A stretch of 64,000 nucleotides of DNA, from assembly GCA_963726665.1 (NCBI GenBank), contig CAVSDW010000012.1, positions 323,690 through 387,689 on the forward strand. Reading direction: 5' to 3'. Source of the DNA: an uncultured Gammaproteobacteria bacterium (GTDB taxonomy: Bacteria > Pseudomonadota > Gammaproteobacteria > Steroidobacterales > Steroidobacteraceae). Made by a program: the position numbers and the translations under genes. Under the pieces are notes generated by a model. It was not told where the DNA came from, did no database searches, and saw only the letters and a program-made list of their open reading frames with translations. Shown here in pieces: positions 60,982 to 64,000 of this stretch; the first letter of the stretch is position 1; each line of letters starts with the position of its first letter.

Positions 60982-62853
60982 TCAGGCGGGCTTCGCGCGC
61001 GACGTCTTCCGTTTCGGCAGGTAGAGGTCGGTCAAGGTGCCCTCGAAGGCTTCGGCCGCCATTGCCACCGTCTCGGAAAGCGTCGGGTGCGGGTGGATCG
61101 TGAGCCCGACGTCGGCTGCATCGGCCCCCATCTCGATGGCGAGCGCGACCTCCGAGATCAACTCGCCCGCGTTCGTGCCCACGATGCCGCCGCCGATCAC
61201 GCGGTGGCTCTCGGGATCGAAGAGCAGCTTGGTCAATCCCTCGTCCCGGCCGAACGCCAGTGATCGGCCGCTCGCAGCCCAGGGGAACACGGACTTCTCG
61301 TACGCGATGCCCCGCGCCTTCGCGTCGGTCTCGGTGAGGCCGACCCAGGCGAGCTCCGGATCCGTGTAGGCGACCGATGGAATCACGCTCGCGTCGAAAT
61401 GACTCTTGAGTCCAGCCACCGCCTCGGCCGCCACCTTGCCTTCGTGCGTCGCCTTGTGCGCAAGCATGGGCTGGCCGACGATGTCGCCGATCGCGTGTAT
61501 GTGCGGCACGTTGGTGCGCATCTGGCGGTCCACGTCGATGAACCCGCGCTCGTCCACCCGCACGCCTGCGGCCTCGGCGCCGATACGCCTGCCGTTCGGG
61601 GCGCGACCGACGGCCACCAGCACCTTGCCGTAGGCCTCCGGCGAGGGCGCGCCCTCGCCCACGAACGTCACGCGCAGCCCCTCGCCGGTCGCTGCCACGG
61701 ACTCGGCGCGCGTGCGAATCATGATGCGCTCGAAGCGCGCGGCGATGCGCCTCTCCAGCGGCCGCACCAGGTCGCGGTCGCAGCCCGGGAGGAGACCTTC
61801 GGTCATCTCGACCACGCTCACCTTCACGCCGAGCGCGGCGTAGACCGTCGCCATCTCGAGGCCGATGATTCCGCCGCCGATCACCAGCATGCGGGCGGGC
61901 AGGTCGAGTTCCAGCGCTCCCGTCGAGTCGATGACGCGAGGGTCGTCGGGCATCCCCGGCAGGCGTACCGACTCCGAGCCCGCGGCGATGATGCAGCGGT
62001 CGAAGCTCACGCGCGTTCCCGCAGCGCCGTCGTCGACCGAGAATTCGTGTGGCGACGTGAACCTTGCGTTGCCGCGGATCACCGTGACCTTGCGCTGGCG
62101 GGCGAGTTGCTCGAGCCCGCCCGTGAGCCGTGCGACGACCGAGTCCTTCCACTGGCGGAGCCTGGGCGCGTCCACCTGCGGCTCGCCGAAACGGATGCCG
62201 TGATCCGCCATCTCGCGCGCTTCCTCGATGACCCTCGCCGCGTGCAGCAGGGCCTTCGACGGAATGCAGCCCACGTTGAGACAGACGCCGCCGAGCGTCG
62301 GCCCGCGCTCCACGAGCGCGACCCTGAGGCCGAGGTCCGCGGCGCGGAACGCAGCCGTGTAACCGCCCGGGCCTGCGCCCAGCACCGCGAGGTCGAAGTC
62401 GTAGGAATGTTTACCCGGGGCCGCGGAGGGCGCGCGCTGTGATGCGACCGGGGCCGGCTTCGCCCCTGGCGCAGCGGGGGCACTCGACGCCATCGGCTTC
62501 AACGGCACCGTATCGAGATAGGGCTCGCCCCCATAGGGCTCCACCGCCCGCAGCGCCGCGCGTGGCGCAGTCATGTCCAGGGAGTCGTCGCGGGCTGCCT
62601 CGAGCGTGAGGATCGCCGAACCCTTGCTGACCCGGTCGCCGACCCGGACCAGCACGCTGGCAACGACACCCTCGACGGGCGATGGCACGTCCATGGTGGC
62701 CTTGTCGCTCTCGAGCGTGACGAGCGACGTCTCCGGCACGACCCGGTCTCCGGGCGCGACCAGCACCTCGATGACCGGGATGTCCTTGAAATCCCCGATG
62801 TCGGGAACCGTCACGACCCGCTCGCCCGTCGTCGGTCCTGGGATCTGGCTCAA
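60982..62853 (-). CDS. lpdA: Dihydrolipoyl dehydrogenase (PDH E3) with N-terminal lipoyl domain
   Basis: The N-terminal lipoyl domain has SLVTLESDKATMDVPSP. Then come GAGPGGYTAAFRAADLG (FAD), redox centre GGVCLNVGCIPSKALL, an NAD site and a C-terminal HPHPTLSE. TTG start at 62853. Confidence 0.95.
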   Translation of the reverse strand: MSQIPGPTTGERVVTVPDIGDFKDIPVIEVLVAPGDRVVPETSLVTLESDKATMDVPSPVEGVVASVLVRVGDRVSKGSAILTLEAARDDSLDMTAPRAALRAVEPYGGEPYLDTVPLKPMASSAPAAPGAKPAPVASQRAPSAAPGKHSYDFDLAVLGAGPGGYTAAFRAADLGLRVALVERGPTLGGVCLNVGCIPSKALLHAARVIEEAREMADHGIRFGEPQVDAPRLRQWKDSVVARLTGGLEQLARQRKVTVIRGNARFTSPHEFSVDDGAAGTRVSFDRCIIAAGSESVRLPGMPDDPRVIDSTGALELDLPARMLVIGGGIIGLEMATVYAALGVKVSVVEMTEGLLPGCDRDLVRPLERRIAARFERIMIRTRAESVAATGEGLRVTFVGEGAPSPEAYGKVLVAVGRAPNGRRIGAEAAGVRVDERGFIDVDRQMRTNVPHIHAIGDIVGQPMLAHKATHEGKVAAEAVAGLKSHFDASVIPSVAYTDPELAWVGLTETDAKARGIAYEKSVFPWAASGRSLAFGRDEGLTKLLFDPESHRVIGGGIVGTNAGELISEVALAIEMGADAADVGLTIHPHPTLSETVAMAAEAFEGTLTDLYLPKRKTSRAKPA

Positions 62854-62875
62854 GCTCTCACTCCTTGCCGCTCCA

Positions 62876-64000
62876 TCAGGAGGCCGCCCCCAGCAGTCCC
62901 TGCACGTCGGCCAGCGCCTGGCCGAGGAAACTCGTGAAGCGCGCGGCGTCGGCCCCGTCGATCACGCGGTGATCGTAAGAAAGCGACAGCGGCAGCATGA
63001 GCCGCGGCACGAACGCGCCGTCCTGGTACACGGGCCGGTGGCTCGCCTTCGACACGCCGAGGATGGCCAGCTCCGGTGCGTTGATGATCGGCGTGAACGC
63101 CGTGCCGCCAATTCCGCCGAGGCTCGAGATGGTGAAGCACCCGCCCTGCATCTCGGCCGCCGTGAGCTTTCCAGCGCGCGCCTTCTCGCTCAGCACGGCC
63201 AGCTCGCGGGCGAGTTCGAAGACGTCCTTCTTGTCGGCATCCCGTACGACGGGAACGACGAGCCCGCCCGGCGTGTCAGCCGCGAACCCGAGGTGCACGT
63301 ACCTGCGGAACACGAGTTCCCCGGCCGCAGCGTCCAGCGACGCGCAGAAGCGCGGAAACGCCGCCAGCGCCTGCACACAGGCGCGCATCACGAAGGCGAG
63401 CGGCGTGAGCTTGATGCCGCGCGCAGCGGCCTCGTCCTTCATGCGCGCGCGCGTCGCCTCCATCTCGGTGATGTCGGCCTCGTCGAACTGGGTGACGTGC
63501 GGGATGTTGACCCAGCTCGCGTGGAGTCGCGGCCCCGCGATCTTCTGGATCCTCGAAAGCGGCTTGCGCTCGATCGGCCCGAAGGCCGCGAAATCCACTT
63601 CCGGCACGCGCGGCAACGCAGGCGCGGGCGTCGGCACCGGCGTGGTGAGCAGGCGCTTAACGTGCGCCTTGACATCCTGCTCGGTGATTCGGCCCTTCAC
63701 TCCCGTGCCGGGCACCGAGGCGAGATCCACTCCGAGGTCGCGCGCGAAGCGGCGGATCGACGGACTCGCGTGCGAGCGCGAGAAGCCAGGCTGGTCCGGC
63801 ACCGCAGCCTCCACAGGTGCGGGCATCGGTGGTCGCACGGCGGCGGCGACGGACGACGCGGCTGCCACGATGGCCGCGGGCCGTGGCGAAGGCTCGCGGC
63901 TCTCGCCGGACGCCGGTGCCACCGCCGCACCGCCCTGGCCATGTGCCGCAGGTCGAGCGGATTGCGCCGACGTCGTCGCCTCGATCACCGCGATCACGTC
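62876..64000 (-). CDS. aceF: Dihydrolipoyllysine-residue acetyltransferase (PDH E2), C-terminal part; gene continues beyond the window end
   Basis: E3-binding domain HASPSIRRFARDLGVDLASVPGTGVKGRITEQDV, an Ala/Pro linker, and the catalytic domain FTISSLGGIGGTAFTPIIN.PE.AILGVS....P........L.LSLSYDHRVIDGA. Confidence 0.93.
   Translation of the reverse strand, partial: DVIAVIEATTSAQSARPAAHGQGGAAVAPASGESREPSPRPAAIVAAASSVAAAVRPPMPAPVEAAVPDQPGFSRSHASPSIRRFARDLGVDLASVPGTGVKGRITEQDVKAHVKRLLTTPVPTPAPALPRVPEVDFAAFGPIERKPLSRIQKIAGPRLHASWVNIPHVTQFDEADITEMEATRARMKDEAAARGIKLTPLAFVMRACVQALAAFPRFCASLDAAAGELVFRRYVHLGFAADTPGGLVVPVVRDADKKDVFELARELAVLSEKARAGKLTAAEMQGGCFTISSLGGIGGTAFTPIINAPELAILGVSKASHRPVYQDGAFVPRLMLPLSLSYDHRVIDGADAARFTSFLGQALADVQGLLGAAS

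Noticed and set aside
60125-62152. 675-aa minus-strand ORF spanning the sulfotransferase and part of lpd
   Set aside because: Only the last 277 codons (from ATG 60958) show sulfotransferase motifs. The upstream part is an out-of-frame shadow of lpdA. The 637-aa ORF at 34190..36103 has the same explanation: only its rimI part is real.

Overview
Very GC-rich chromosomal segment of a proteobacterium. All six frames carry long spurious ORFs, so calls rest on recognisable protein motifs, start/stop geometry and synteny; no homology search was run. Gene order looks gammaproteobacterial: tsaE-nnr/queG; pcnB-folK-dNK-panB-panC; lptG-lptF/pepA-holC-valS; hda-DUF2066/purM-purN-DUF3108; dcd-apbC...metG; rnfABCDGE-nth; aceF-lpd. 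I call about 65 protein genes and one tRNA-Glu(CUC). No rRNA, CRISPR array, IS element, integrase or prophage was seen. Most of the window is housekeeping: three aminoacyl-tRNA synthetases, pantothenate/folate genes, LPS export, purine synthesis, the Rnf complex and the tail of the PDH operon. Four things deserve a second look. (1) An ~11 kb variable stretch lies between tRNA-Glu and the RDD/lptG block. It holds a 600-aa protein with a SLOG-like (YpsA/DprA-type) nucleotide-binding domain fused to two 2-TM hairpins, a candidate ligand-gated membrane effector. (2) About 3 kb from it is a TIR-TolB_N-like-TPR gene broken by about 9 frameshifts. (3) A tight three-gene operon (HEAT-repeat Hanks Ser/Thr kinase plus two PilT-family ATPases) sits between apbC(mrp) and metG, which are direct divergent neighbours in E. 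coli. (4) There are several signs of gene decay or indel error: nnr and the RDD gene are each split by one frameshift, a 39-codon stub of an SbtA-like permease remains, and a (GC)5 run decides whether rnfC stops at an ATGA junction with rnfD or runs ~190 nt into it. Start codons are inferred and several are GTG/TTG.
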